Shown here: positions 1 to 11,006 of the stretch, one piece after another
How positions within the stretch are numbered: position 1 is the first letter of the stretch
Layout of the letters: each line of letters begins with the position of its first letter
From: Oopsacas minuta
Taxonomy: Eukaryota; Animalia; Porifera
Direction of reading: 5' to 3'
NCBI GenBank assembly: GCA_024704765.1
Contig: JAKMXF010000111.1
Coordinates: forward strand, 1,070,619 to 1,134,618
Length of the DNA: 64,000 nt
The notes under the pieces: model-generated
Told to the model about the DNA's origin: nothing
The model's database searches: none
The model's input: the letters and a program-made list of their open reading frames with translations, nothing else
Program-made: the position numbers and the translations under genes

Positions 1-40
1 TGCAAACTCTGTCCTTTAGCTCAATATATAAGTTAAAACT

Positions 41-1373
41 ATGATACGACAATACATAATACGATCTCTTAAATATTCCACATATTTGCGTATCTCTACC
101 AATAAAATATCCTATCAAACAGATGGTGTATTTTCTTTTTCTAACGACGATCTAAAAACTCAACTTTTCCCTAAGATAATCCAACCAGAAAATCCTTACT
201 TCCTAAAAGTTGCAATTCTGGGAGAGCCAAATGCAGGAAAATCCTCCTTAATAAACAGCTTAATGCCTCGCGATATGTTCCCAACTTCACATGTCATGCA
301 CACAACACACAAAAAATCAACTGGAGTAATCACACATGGAAACGTACAAATCGCGTTTTTAGACACTCCCGGGATCGTGACAGTCCGAGAAGGGAGAGAA
401 AAGAAAGTAGACAAGACAGTATTGTCAGATCCATTAGCATCAGTACAAGAAGCAGATCTACTACTCGTATTATTTGACATAGCAAATAAGTATAAAGTTA
501 AGTCATTACATCCTGTAATAGTTAAATATTTGAGATTATACGATCTTCCAGCTATCCTAGTACTGAACAAAATGGATAGTATCAAACACCAGCAAAATGT
601 ATTAAAACAACTTGATTCAATACTCAAGTCCTATCACAGTACTTCTATTGATAAAGAGGAAACTCCCAACGAACAAGTATCAAAACGATTTCAAGATACT
701 TTCTTCATATCTAGTGTAACTGGTCAGGGAATAATACCTCTAAAAGAATACATACTTAATTGTGCTAGTCCAGGCAAATGGCGATTTCCAGAAGACTTCA
801 CGAATGATATGGATATATTAGGCAAGTTAATTATTTATTTATGAATCACAATTTCCCTGCTGTAACAAGGTCGTCGTCTATAAATCACGGTCACTTCGGG
901 CAATCAATATTGATTTGCAAAAAAGGGCTAATCCAATTTAGAAATCCTTACTTGCCAGCCCTCATATCTAGTGCTAATATTTGCTATTTTTCCAGATATT
1001 TTCGGATGAAATAGAGAAAATGACGTGAAATATAGAACCATAATTCTAATAGGTTTATTTAGCCCTGTTTTTATTTCTAGAACTAATCTCTGAGTTTATT
1101 CGTGCACAACTCCTCAGTCACTTTTATCAAGAGGTTCCCCATGCTGTAGTACAATTAAACGAGCGTCTAGACACAAGAGATGATGGGAGTTTATACATAA
1201 AACAGGTTCTGCTCTGTCCTTACGGTAGTGTCATGCAGAGAATGCGAGTTAGTGAAGGAAAGGTTCTCAAATCAGTGGAGATTAAAGCAGCCAAGCAATT
1301 ATCTATAGCTTTCCAAACAGATGTAAATCTCGAAATAAATTTGAGAGTACACAAATTTAAGAAAAATGATTAA
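41..1373 (+). CDS. ERAL1: Era-like mitochondrial GTPase, 2 exons (41-821, 1081-1373)
   Basis: G1 GEPNAGKSS, G3 DTPG, G4 NKMD, G5 SSVTG. Splicing at a GC donor (822, GCAAGT) to TTTCTAG at 1080 gives an in-frame KH-like tail ELISEFIRAQLLSHFYQEVPH...KFKKND*. Confidence 0.9.
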
Positions 1374-1412
1374 ATTAAAATAGTAATATTTATATCAGTT
1401 TAAAATACAAAC

Positions 1413-2625
1413 CTGAAATCTCCTTCCCATTGTTCACGACGTATAACCTTATTCACAACTGGGTTTAACAACAATTTGTTGATAAACACAGACAGTATGA
1501 ATAGAGAATACACAGAGACTACTCCTAGCCAACCTACACTGAGAATATTTATATAATAAATTATATTATAGAATACCTGTATTTCTCGCTATCTCTGTAT
1601 TAAAGGCTATTTAGCAATTATGTCTAAATACGGAGCTAATAGCTGAGAGATTATTCTAGAAGTCCTGCCTACAGGAAACTAGAATTTCCCTACTGATTTT
1701 CAGCATATGGCCGTACTATAAAAGTACTGGTGTACGTATAATATTTTAGTACCTTATCCACACTTGATATGTATAGTAGATTATAATGAAAGGTTTAAGT
1801 ATGATATTAACAAGTATTTCTGCCATCTGTTTAGTCAGCCGATAAATGTCCTGAGTTATGCGTTGATCTCTATGACACAATTATGTAAATAGTTGTATGA
1901 ACCTAGGTTGGTATTTTACATCTTACGGATTATCTAATACTTTTCTGTTGTGAAGAATATTCTGTATATTGTTTGCTTGAAAGTATTTTAATTGTATTTT
2001 ATTTGTTAGTCTAAATCTCCAAGTGAGGGCAAGCAAATCTTGAATGAGACTTTCAGTTGTAACACACTATTATGATAATATCTTAATTATATAATTAATT
2101 TACAATACTTGATTCATTCTTACCAAACTGACTGTAATTACCAATATACACATCTCCCATAGAATGTTCTTAAACTCTTCTCTACTGTTATCAAGTAAGG
2201 AAAGATAGAATGTGCTCGGCACCAAACCAATGTTGTAGATATTGACTTGTTCTACACCGAATAATATGAATTAGAATTGGCTAATACTTTTATAATAAAC
2301 GTATACACATCTAATTTAGTACTCACTTGCTACTGCAGTCACAATTAGAATTAGAGTATATCCGAATGAATTTGATAGAAAGCTAGGATACATTGTTCTG
2401 AATAGGATCCAATAATACCAGAAAGTTTCTTTCATAGATTTATTTCTGTGACGTATGTGATATGTAGTATATAATATCTTATAAATCATTACATTATTTA
2501 TCGTATAACTTAACTTACTTCCCTCCACAACAACAAGTTAATCTACTCTTCTTGACTATCTGGGTATTTTCTTCATCACTCATTTGTCTATACCCTCCTC
2601 TCCATGAATTATATTTAGTTTCCAT
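1413..2625 (-). CDS. ABCD4: ABC transporter subfamily D member 4, N-terminal transmembrane part only (about 6 exons); remainder not in window
   Basis: Spliced translation includes QVNIYNIGLVPSTFY, LDNPDQRITQDI, YYTYQVWISVGWLG and REQWEGDFR, matching ABCD4 motifs (VIYQVGLIPSQYY, DNPDQRISQD, STGWLG, EKLEGDFR). The last visible exon ends at a GT donor at 1412. Confidence 0.85.
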
Positions 2626-3013
2626 TGATTAGGTCTACCGTAACTCTAAAATTAAAATTTATAGAAGTGTTCCTTATTCTGAATTGAAAATTTGAAATAC
2701 AGTCAACTGCACTTAACTGGTGCACGATTGTTCAGGCTATTTTAAGCGGGTTGTAGATTACCCGAATATTTTGTAGTATTATAGGTATCCTGGGTTAGAA
2801 TGATTCGTGGAAAAAAGTGTCCTGGTTAACTGGTGTCACACTTAAGCGTAATTGACTATAATTATTACAATCCAGATAATTATATCAAACATATTCATGT
2901 ATTTATGTAGCAGCCATGATTACTTGCCTATGATAATTGCCTCCCACAAATCAAGTAACATCATGATCTGTAAAAATTTACAACTTGTATGTTGTTTAAT
3001 TAATTAAGCGATA

Positions 3014-3740
3014 ATGGAATTAGCTCTGAGGGGGTGGATCGGGTTAGTTGGAGGTATAGCGTTAATCAATGGACTAAATTGCTTCAGAAACCCTGAAGTA
3101 ATCCAGGAGAATGTCTATTCGAAACATCCTGAAGGTAAATATAGTTTGATAATAAACATATAATTTACCAATAAAAGCTCTAATATTTTTTCTTGTGATT
3201 CCCCTTATAGCTAGTGATATGGCTGTAAGATTGTTTGGCGTTTGGAACATCATGTCTGCTATAGTAAGAATAGGATGCGCCTGGGACTTCAATAACATTG
3301 CGTAAGTTATCATACTCGTACATAAGTCAACTCACGTTATATCGAAGCTCAAAGGACTGCGATAAATACTTCGATATGACTGATCTATGCTACTTTGACG
3401 ATTTGGAAGTTGGGCTCATATTTGCACAATTTCAGACTTGGATTATTTCGATATATTACGGGAAGTTGACTGTATTATATTTCACTAAATATATTACAAT
3501 TAGTTTGCAGAGCATTACAGAATTATCATTTCTGATTGCATTCCTATATTTCTCCCTTGAAACTACTGTCTACAAAACAATATCATTTACACCAGGAGTT
3601 ATAGCACCTATTATAATATCTAGTGAGTTGTTGGTATATTCTGATAAATTAGATTTAGCTATATTTATGAGATTTGATGTTACCCTCTTTCATTTCTAGG
3701 TATCACTCCTCTTGCAATGATAGCTTACAGCTTATCTTAA
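3014..3740 (+). CDS. ERG28: Ergosterol biosynthesis 28 homolog (C14orf1), 4 exons (3014-3134, 3211-3301, 3504-3622, 3700-3740)
   Basis: Spliced protein MELALRGWIGLVGGIALINGLNCF...AVRLFGVWNIMSAIVRIGCAWDFNN...GVIAPIIISS; GT-AG introns keep frame. Confidence 0.85.
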
Positions 3741-3760
3741 ATATCAATTATTCGAAATTT

Positions 3761-5140
3761 TTATTTATTCAATGTAATAAATTCTCGAATTAAAATAGTT
3801 TCATTCTCCATTTCTTCTAAACTCCTATCCTTTCGTTCCTTGTCTTTGTCGTGTGTTTCTATCTGTAGAGTATAAATTTTATTATTATTATTATTATTAT
3901 TAGATTAGAAATTAGCTAAGAATGAATATGATGTTCGCCTGCTCGCTACGCAGCATTCGTAGCACTACTTCAGTAAAGAGAGTCCCGACCCTGCTAGCTA
4001 CTTCCACACAGATCAGAACACCGACAGAACAGCAAATACGTTACGCAGGAGGAGCTGCACACACCAGCTGGAAGATGCAGAAACTAGCAGCTGGTGTTAC
4101 ATACGTATCTCTGCCTGTAGGCTTAATATTCCCTCATCCAGTACTCAGTTTTACCCTGGGAATATGTGTACCTATATACACATATTTCTGTCTACACGAG
4201 ATTGTGACAGACTACACCAATAAACTACCGCTTGTAAACTTTATCCTGAACACTGCTACTATAGCATTCTCTTGTATCACCTTGATATCAATCAACTACT
4301 TTAATTTCAATGACGTAGGAATAACACAAGCTCTACACAGTCTATTAACTCTATAACTATACTCATCATTAGTTTGTACTACTATTCATATGATAGGTAA
4401 TTTCTATACGTGTGATCAGCTGTTATTTAATTAATAACTAACCTCTTTATATATGTCGTCATTATGTTGGAAATCTCCTTTCTTCCTTGGCAGTATGTGA
4501 ACATGTACATGCTATATGAATGTATTAATAACAGAATATTTACAGTGTAATATCTTTCTTGATATAGATTGCATAGATATACATATAAGCATTAAATCCA
4601 GGAAAATAGTTTAAACTCTCCACCACCATAATTAGTATAGATTAATTACCTTAATACTCTGTCCTGCATCTTCTCCATCCTGTAAGCAAACAATCAATCA
4701 ATCATGTTTGAGTATATTTACTAGTAAACTATCAGTATGTAAATGCCATCAATTAGGATATACATATCGTACCTGCATTGAAATAGTCAGCGCAGTAGCA
4801 TTGTACATCTTTTCTATAATATTAGATACCTTCTGTACAGTTAAGAAGAGATCACTCACTTCATCAGGAGTGAGACCTGAGAATCTCTCAACTGGTCTCA
4901 GTGGTGATACCAACACATCTTCATAATTTAAGGAAAACACAATACATCACTTATAGTGAATTATTTTATTTACTATAGCATTAGTCTACTTATAATATTT
5001 TATAGGAGGATACGACCTGGTAAGATAGGACTTTTGTTAACAAATGCATAAGATAGATTACTCCTATAGAATGAAACTGTTGAAGGAATCTTCACATGAC
5101 CGAAGCGTATAAATTCTGTTATTCCTTTTCCAGCAGCCAT
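3761..5140 (-). CDS. FHIT: Fragile histidine triad diadenosine triphosphate hydrolase, 5 exons (5140-5014, 4918-4773, 4679-4650, 4510-4443, 3862-3761)
   Basis: Spliced translation RFGHVKIP...[21 protein letters not shown]...[21 protein letters not shown]...NDDIYKEIETHDK...RSLEEMENE; HIT motif HVHVH intact. Confidence 0.93.
3922..4356 (+). CDS. SDHD: Succinate dehydrogenase cytochrome b small subunit, intronless, nested in last FHIT intron
   Basis: Arg/Ser/Thr-rich presequence, three hydrophobic segments, quinone-site motif IVTDY, C-terminal [16 protein letters not shown] typical of CybS. Confidence 0.85.
   Translation: MNMMFACSLRSIRSTTSVKRVPTLLATSTQIRTPTEQQIRYAGGAAHTSWKMQKLAAGVTYVSLPVGLIFPHPVLSFTLGICVPIYTYFCLHEIVTDYTNKLPLVNFILNTATIAFSCITLISINYFNFNDVGITQALHSLLTL
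4919..5013 (-). other. U12-type (minor spliceosome) GT-AG intron in FHIT
   Basis: 5' site GTATCCTC, branch TTTTCCTTAAA about 10 nt before the AG, no polypyrimidine tract. Only this donor restores the conserved P-G-H-V-L. Confidence 0.8.
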
Positions 5141-6258
5141 GTGTGTAGTGTTTTGTTAAATTAAAATACTAACTACTAAATATGCTAAAACCAAAATTAA
5201 TACAAGAATTACAAGTACCATAGAAGCTTGTCATTAAGCAATCGCTCTAGATGCAAACCAGGTACTAATTAAGACGAATAAATTATTTCGTTTGCATTAA
5301 ATTTTTTGTGAGTTTTGTTGTGTTGTAATGACAGTTATGCGTTATCAGTTCTCACAAATTTCATTACCAAAATGAACTGTATTACCAGAAGTCATTCGTT
5401 GTTTATGAATCACTATTACACTATTCTATTCTGTAGTACGGAAAGGTTATAGATTATTCAATTCGTATTTCGAATTATTTTCTTAAAATTTTCGCAATTT
5501 TGCATTTTCCCTGTTGAAAATCATAGAATAGTTAAGTGATGAAGAGGACTTCAGATTCGGATCAGAAGATTGAATGCATATATTATATACGAGCTGCTTT
5601 GCTTCGTGCTGCGAGGCTTAGAAACACTGAGTTTCAATGAAAAACTTGAAAGAGCGAAATTCGGATTCCGCGTACTCCAATACCCATGTATTGCTGTTGA
5701 GAGCAATTCTCTTAGTATATTTAGAAAATTCAACTATTTGTTTACTCTATATTCATAAAAACAACAAATAAATTTACATATGATAAAGTTGAAAGTGTGA
5801 AAATCGGAATCAGCATACTCGATTACCTCAATGTAATTATTTACTTTTCCTTCATCGTCAACAGAAGGATATGTTATTCCCTGTATTATATACGCAGATC
5901 ATTTTCCCCTATCATTATAATACAAAGTAGAAAAACAAAAACACAATAATTGAGTTTTTAATAAATAGATTTGATAGAATGCAGGCACCAATAATAACCA
6001 TAAATGTGTTCGGCTGGGTTATTTAACTGTAAAATCAGAGAAATAAGTTGGATGTTAACTGAGTTAAAAACTCAACAAGAACTAGTATGACCTATAATAT
6101 ATAATAGTATAATAAGGACTGAATTAGAAAGTAATGAAAATTAAGAATCAGAATAGTTGAAAAGTTTGTACAATTCCTGACTGCATCGCTAGTCACAATT
6201 CCCTGCCTCATCTCTTCGCTCATGCTCTGTAGATTTCAGTTTTGTGATTTCTTCACTT

Positions 6259-7824
6259 TCAGTCTTTTATTCCCGCTGCTTCTTCTAGTACGCCAGGGTC
6301 AAAATTTGGACCCACAACCTGTGTTGTTTGATGTTTTTGTAGAAAAATGTCAAGATCTTGTTGATGAATTTTCATATTCTCAAATATTTGTGAAATAGTC
6401 CAATGATGAGATTGAAGTTTATCTAAAACTTTGTTTTTGAGAAGTTCATAAGAAAAAGTTTTTTCTTGTAATTTGGGTTTCTCTTTTGAATCGGGTAACG
6501 GATACGATTCGTTACAATACCAACCAGGAACAAAAGAAACTAAAGAAAGAAAATAATTCAATTTACTCTCATCACATTTTGCTACTTCACTAGTTGGTTG
6601 ATTTTCTTGTTCGACTTTGAATTTTAACTCTGAAAATGTCTTGGTTAATTTTTCTTGATCTGAGTCGAAAAAACTAATAAAATTTTCAAGATAGAAATTC
6701 ACTCTTGAGGTATGATATTCTTGGCTTTCTTTGTTCTTTAGTTTTTTATCAAAATCACCTTGCTTACTGGAAATATCTTTGGTTACTGCAGATATCTTTT
6801 CGTAAAGTTTTATCCCAGATTGGATCTCACCTTTCAGTTTATTAAAACTATACTTTATTCTATCATAATTTACAGACTCTTCCGTCCAAGTACTCCACCA
6901 CCCTCGCTCTGAATTTTTGTTTTCATTGAGTTCTACCAAATTAATTTCTACCTTGGTTAAAAGTTTCTCATAAAAAGTAGTCACATCATCGAAGTTATCC
7001 CCGATAACACCATTGTTTGAGTTATGTGAACAATCAGTTTGTTTAATTTCTCCAAGTTGCTCCATTTTTTCTTCAGTCATATTTGGCGAATTATTATCGT
7101 CGGTATGCAGATGGGGATCAGTATTGTATATGGAATATATTCGTTCAGTGTTTTCAGGCGAGTTTTCTCGTTGCGAATACACGTAATCCGAAAATAACTC
7201 CGGAGGGTTATAGTCTTGTGGATTATTTGCACTATGAATACCATCTTCAACACGCAAGATTAACTCACTTATTAAAGCATGATTTTTCTTTAATACAGTC
7301 AGTATTAACTCTTGATTTAGAGTTTGATAGAGTATCCTTGCAGTATTGAAGAGCATTTTACGATCATGATAACTCTTTATAATTGAACCATCTTTGTCTT
7401 GTATCTTTTCCAGCACTTTGATGTCTGCAACTATAGCTAGTAGCTCATCGAAATGAGATCCCAATTCTTGTTGAATCCCCCAACGAGGAGTGGTTTTGTC
7501 AGAATTTCTTATTGATAGTTGTTTAAAACGTTGAAAGTTTGGATTGCCATTCAAGATATTCATCTTACAGGATAACCTCATATAGAGTTGTAATCCTGTC
7601 TCTACCTCTTTCTTCAATATTTCAAGATTTCTAGGCAGATTTTCCATTTCGATTAGATTTCTCTCACCCGCGAAGTAGTCAAACAACTTTTCTGTTAGTG
7701 TTCGTTCTATTTCCAGGTCATTAAACAGTTGAATACAATAATAGATATCAATCAATACATTGGTGTAGGCTGATATGATGGCTCCTTTTCCAATTTCATT
7801 AGTAAAATTCTCATAGCTAGCCAT
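6259..7824 (-). CDS. Uncharacterised 521-aa predicted helical protein, single ORF
   Basis: Long ORF in AT-rich DNA with an internal two-fold repeat (LKKEVETGLQLYMRLS / LKGEIQSGIKLYEKIS). N-terminus resembles the 10111-10826 product. No family recognised. Confidence 0.75.
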   Translation of the reverse strand: MASYENFTNEIGKGAIISAYTNVLIDIYYCIQLFNDLEIERTLTEKLFDYFAGERNLIEMENLPRNLEILKKEVETGLQLYMRLSCKMNILNGNPNFQRFKQLSIRNSDKTTPRWGIQQELGSHFDELLAIVADIKVLEKIQDKDGSIIKSYHDRKMLFNTARILYQTLNQELILTVLKKNHALISELILRVEDGIHSANNPQDYNPPELFSDYVYSQRENSPENTERIYSIYNTDPHLHTDDNNSPNMTEEKMEQLGEIKQTDCSHNSNNGVIGDNFDDVTTFYEKLLTKVEINLVELNENKNSERGWWSTWTEESVNYDRIKYSFNKLKGEIQSGIKLYEKISAVTKDISSKQGDFDKKLKNKESQEYHTSRVNFYLENFISFFDSDQEKLTKTFSELKFKVEQENQPTSEVAKCDESKLNYFLSLVSFVPGWYCNESYPLPDSKEKPKLQEKTFSYELLKNKVLDKLQSHHWTISQIFENMKIHQQDLDIFLQKHQTTQVVGPNFDPGVLEEAAGIKD

Positions 7825-8168
7825 CTAGTCTTTTGTCTAAGTAAAGAAATGTTCTAATAATAGATCTTGGAAAATATTATAGTTTGTAGGGAGTCTAGCT
7901 CTAAGAATACACTATATAGTTTGTCAAAGAATTCGTTAGCGAGATTTTATTAGAACTTATTGCTTTTTGAGGTGTGATCAAACGTCAGTCTGTATTCATC
8001 TAGCTACGAATCCCCAAAGAACCCAGAACTCCAATACCTTCCGATTTCATTTTCCAAGTCCGTTCCTCAGGAGATTTCACACCAGGAACTGATACAGACA
8101 TTCTTCGAACTGTTTAGCAATTGATTCGTCAACTTTATCTTGGAAGTAGTCTAATTTATAGTGCTGAG

Positions 8169-8701
8169 CATAGCCTCTACTAAATATATGGCCTAACAGT
8201 AAAAGTACCAGGGATGAAGTATTACCTGAAAGCACTTATATACATGGTTCTTTATTGTAGAAAAGGTGCATTTTTGCCTGAATAAATGTTTTGCAGATTT
8301 GTAGGACATCAAATTTTACACAAATAAATGGTAAAAACTTTTAGGAATGTATAAAAATATGTGTCTAGTAAGCATTTATTTAGCAAAATATATCATTCTT
8401 TGATGTCTTGTAGAACGTTAAATATTGAATTTATCAACTCAGAGTGAATAAATAAAATGATCTATAGATCCTTTTATACAAAATGTCAAAAATTTGTCAT
8501 TCAAAAGTTGTCTCGTTGTTGAGTTAAGGTAGAGACCATGGATGACAAGTTTTTATGAATATTCAATTATAACTCGAGAATCAGCCAAAAATGCATTTTT
8601 CTGCAATAAGGAAACTATGTCTATAATGCTTTCAACTAATACTGCATCCCTGGCGCCAAAAATTCGAGTTACTGTTAGGCTTTATGTTTAGTAGGCTATG
8701 G
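8169..8701. mobile_element. MITE-like element with long imperfect TIRs
   Basis: Left end CATAGCCTCTACTAAATATATGGCCTAACAGTAA and right end TTACTGTTAGGCTTTATGTTTAGTAGGCTATGG, followed by TTAA. A second inverted copy lies at 11007-11420. Confidence 0.75.
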
Positions 8702-8882
8702 TTAAACACTTCCTATTTTACTGATTGTTTTTTCTGCGTATAATTAAAAGCTATCTCGCCTACCCTACTGAGTTCCAGTTTTTTCAATTTTCATAGCTAC
8801 ATATTAGTAAAATTCCTGGATGGTTTTTATTATTGTTCAGATTCGTAGTGGTGCGAAAGTTGTGAAACAGTGATATGGTTGT

Positions 8883-9200
8883 GTGATAAACGATTCCTGT
8901 ACGCTATCTGATATTTACAATGAGTTCAGTGGAGGAAATATTGATGGTGGTGCACTAATCTCTGACGAATATCTAAGCGCTTCAGTTGTATCATTTGTGG
9001 GTAAGACTAAAACCGAACTTACCCGTGTGAACTCCCAGTGTACTTTATCCGAAGTAGTGAGCGTCCTAGGTCGATATGTTGAGTTCATAGTATCACAGCA
9101 CGTTTATGATAATACAGAAACAGTTAGAAGCAAAACAGACGCGTTCACTTTGTAGATGAAGGGGGCGCAAGAGATGTTAAATGTTCCTGAAGAATTCAAG
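8883..9200 (+). pseudogene. Degenerate ORF fragment, probably transposon-associated
   Basis: 90-codon ORF without ATG. After an in-frame TAG it continues MKGAQEMLNVPEEF and is then cut by a repeat. It lies among TE fragments. Confidence 0.3.
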
Positions 9201-9512
9201 ATTATAGAGAGGAAGTGAATATTAGTTTTTCCATATACAGTGTAAGCTTAATACGAACACCAACGGACCGTACGGTTAAAATTTATTCGCCTTTCCGGAG
9301 TTCATAAACCCGGAGTAATATCCATTGAAGTACGGTTGTAGGGACCTGATTATGTACGAATATTGTTCGTCTTATCAGAAATTCGTATTAACGAGATAGT
9401 TTAAATAAATTAGTAAAATTACGCTAAGCAAAAAGTAAAATAAAATGCCACCCCCCGCCCCTATTTCGCAGAAAAAATGGATGAGAAACAAGTAATTTAT
9501 TTTACATGGCCT
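9200..9512. mobile_element. Right-end fragment of the TIR element seen complete at 46878-47561
   Basis: Near-identical direct copy of 47248-47561, ending ...TTTTACATGGCCT. It includes a CAGT-type MITE piece. Confidence 0.8.
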
Positions 9513-10110
9513 AAGTGAACACATCTTTGTCATTATATTTCTTCAATATTTATACAAAATATTGTTCAAACTGTGATATACAAATGTGTCGCATATTATA
9601 ATTATTCTTAACTTTTTACTAGATTCATAGGCATTTTATTGAACATCCATTTTGAGTTTTGTATTCTGGATTAGTTACACGTACTACTTTCAGCTTTGTC
9701 AACTGATAGAAGATTAAATAGGTAACTAATCCAGTTAGGGACGTAATGAGTCTTGTAAAGTGAGGACAATTTTGTATCTAATTAATCTGTGTGTGAAAGA
9801 CCCCAGGGCTGATTTTGGCATATATGGGTATTTTGGGCATGGCTCTGACAAGTTTGAGTCTTGGACGAAAATTCACACCTATGACGAAATTATGACGTCA
9901 TTGTCACCTGTACTAGTAGTAGTAATCCAATAATCGATTTGGGCAATGCTGTGGTCATCTTTCCTACTAATTTCTGAAAGAAAAGACTTTATCGTATCTA
10001 AATTAGTAATTTATTATGGAACTCGTTAATCTGAACTGTAAATACCGCGCCTGTCACTTAGTTTTCACGTTTTAATTTCCCATAATTGATATTTAGTCTA
10101 CGGATTACGG

Positions 10111-10826
10111 ATGGTTGATAACAATCCAGACTGGGAATCCACCCTTACTCAACTCCTAACGAATGTTACTGTATGTATAAACTTATTTGAAGAACTCGAA
10201 AGTGAAAAAACATGGGCGATTGTATAGCTGATTGGGTTGTTGGAGATAATAGTGAAATTCAACCAAAAGCGTTATTGGATTTTACGAAAAAATTCAGAAC
10301 AGTTTTGGAAACGCTTTTTTCAACCTACACAACATTATCCAGAAAGGTTGAATGGGGCAAAAAGTTGGAGCTTGGATATCAAGGAGTATCTCAGCACTAT
10401 AAATTAGACTACTTCCAAGATAAAGTTGGCGAATCAATTGCTAAACAGTTCGAAGAAATGTCTGTATCAGTTCCTGGTGTGAAATCTCCTGAGGAACGGA
10501 CTTGGAAAATGAAATCGGAAGGTATTGGAGTTCTGGGTTCTTTGGGGGTTACTATGATTGGAGCATTAGGATTAGAATTACAAATACCTATAGTCGTTGG
10601 TAGTGCGGCAGCGATTGCACATTACTACCTTCACTTAAAAGGGAGGAAAAGAGGGTTAGGATATCAACATGCAAGGTCGCTATACGACTCTCTTAAAGAT
10701 TCAACATTATTATCCAAATTGGAGGTTCTTTCCTTCAAGTTGGGAAACCTATCCAAGGAAGCCGATTCGCAGCTGGATCAATATGAACTGAAGTTTGATG
10801 ACACCTCAAAAAGCAAAAAGTTCTGA
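10111..10826 (+). CDS. Uncharacterised paralog of the 521-aa gene with one frameshift near 10205-10212 (pseudogene or indel error); Gly-rich hydrophobic hairpin
   Basis: ATG 10111 gives MVDNNPDWESTLTQLLTNVTVCINLFEELESEK, then the reading continues in the -1 frame as the 204-aa ORF (GDCIADWVVGDN...). The join aligns to LIDIYYCIQLFNDLEIERTLTEKLFDYFAGE of the 521-aa protein. Confidence 0.6.
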
Positions 10827-11006
10827 TAAATGTCACAAACTATAGTGTATTCTGAAATTATTGAAAAGTATTGCGGATTATTGAAAATGACCATATATGG
10901 GCATCGTCACATTGGTGAGAGATATCATATCAAAATGTATTGCAAGGGTATGGGAAGTCGGGTAAATAGTATAAATTGACTATTCTGATTTTACGATAAT
11001 TGTAAT

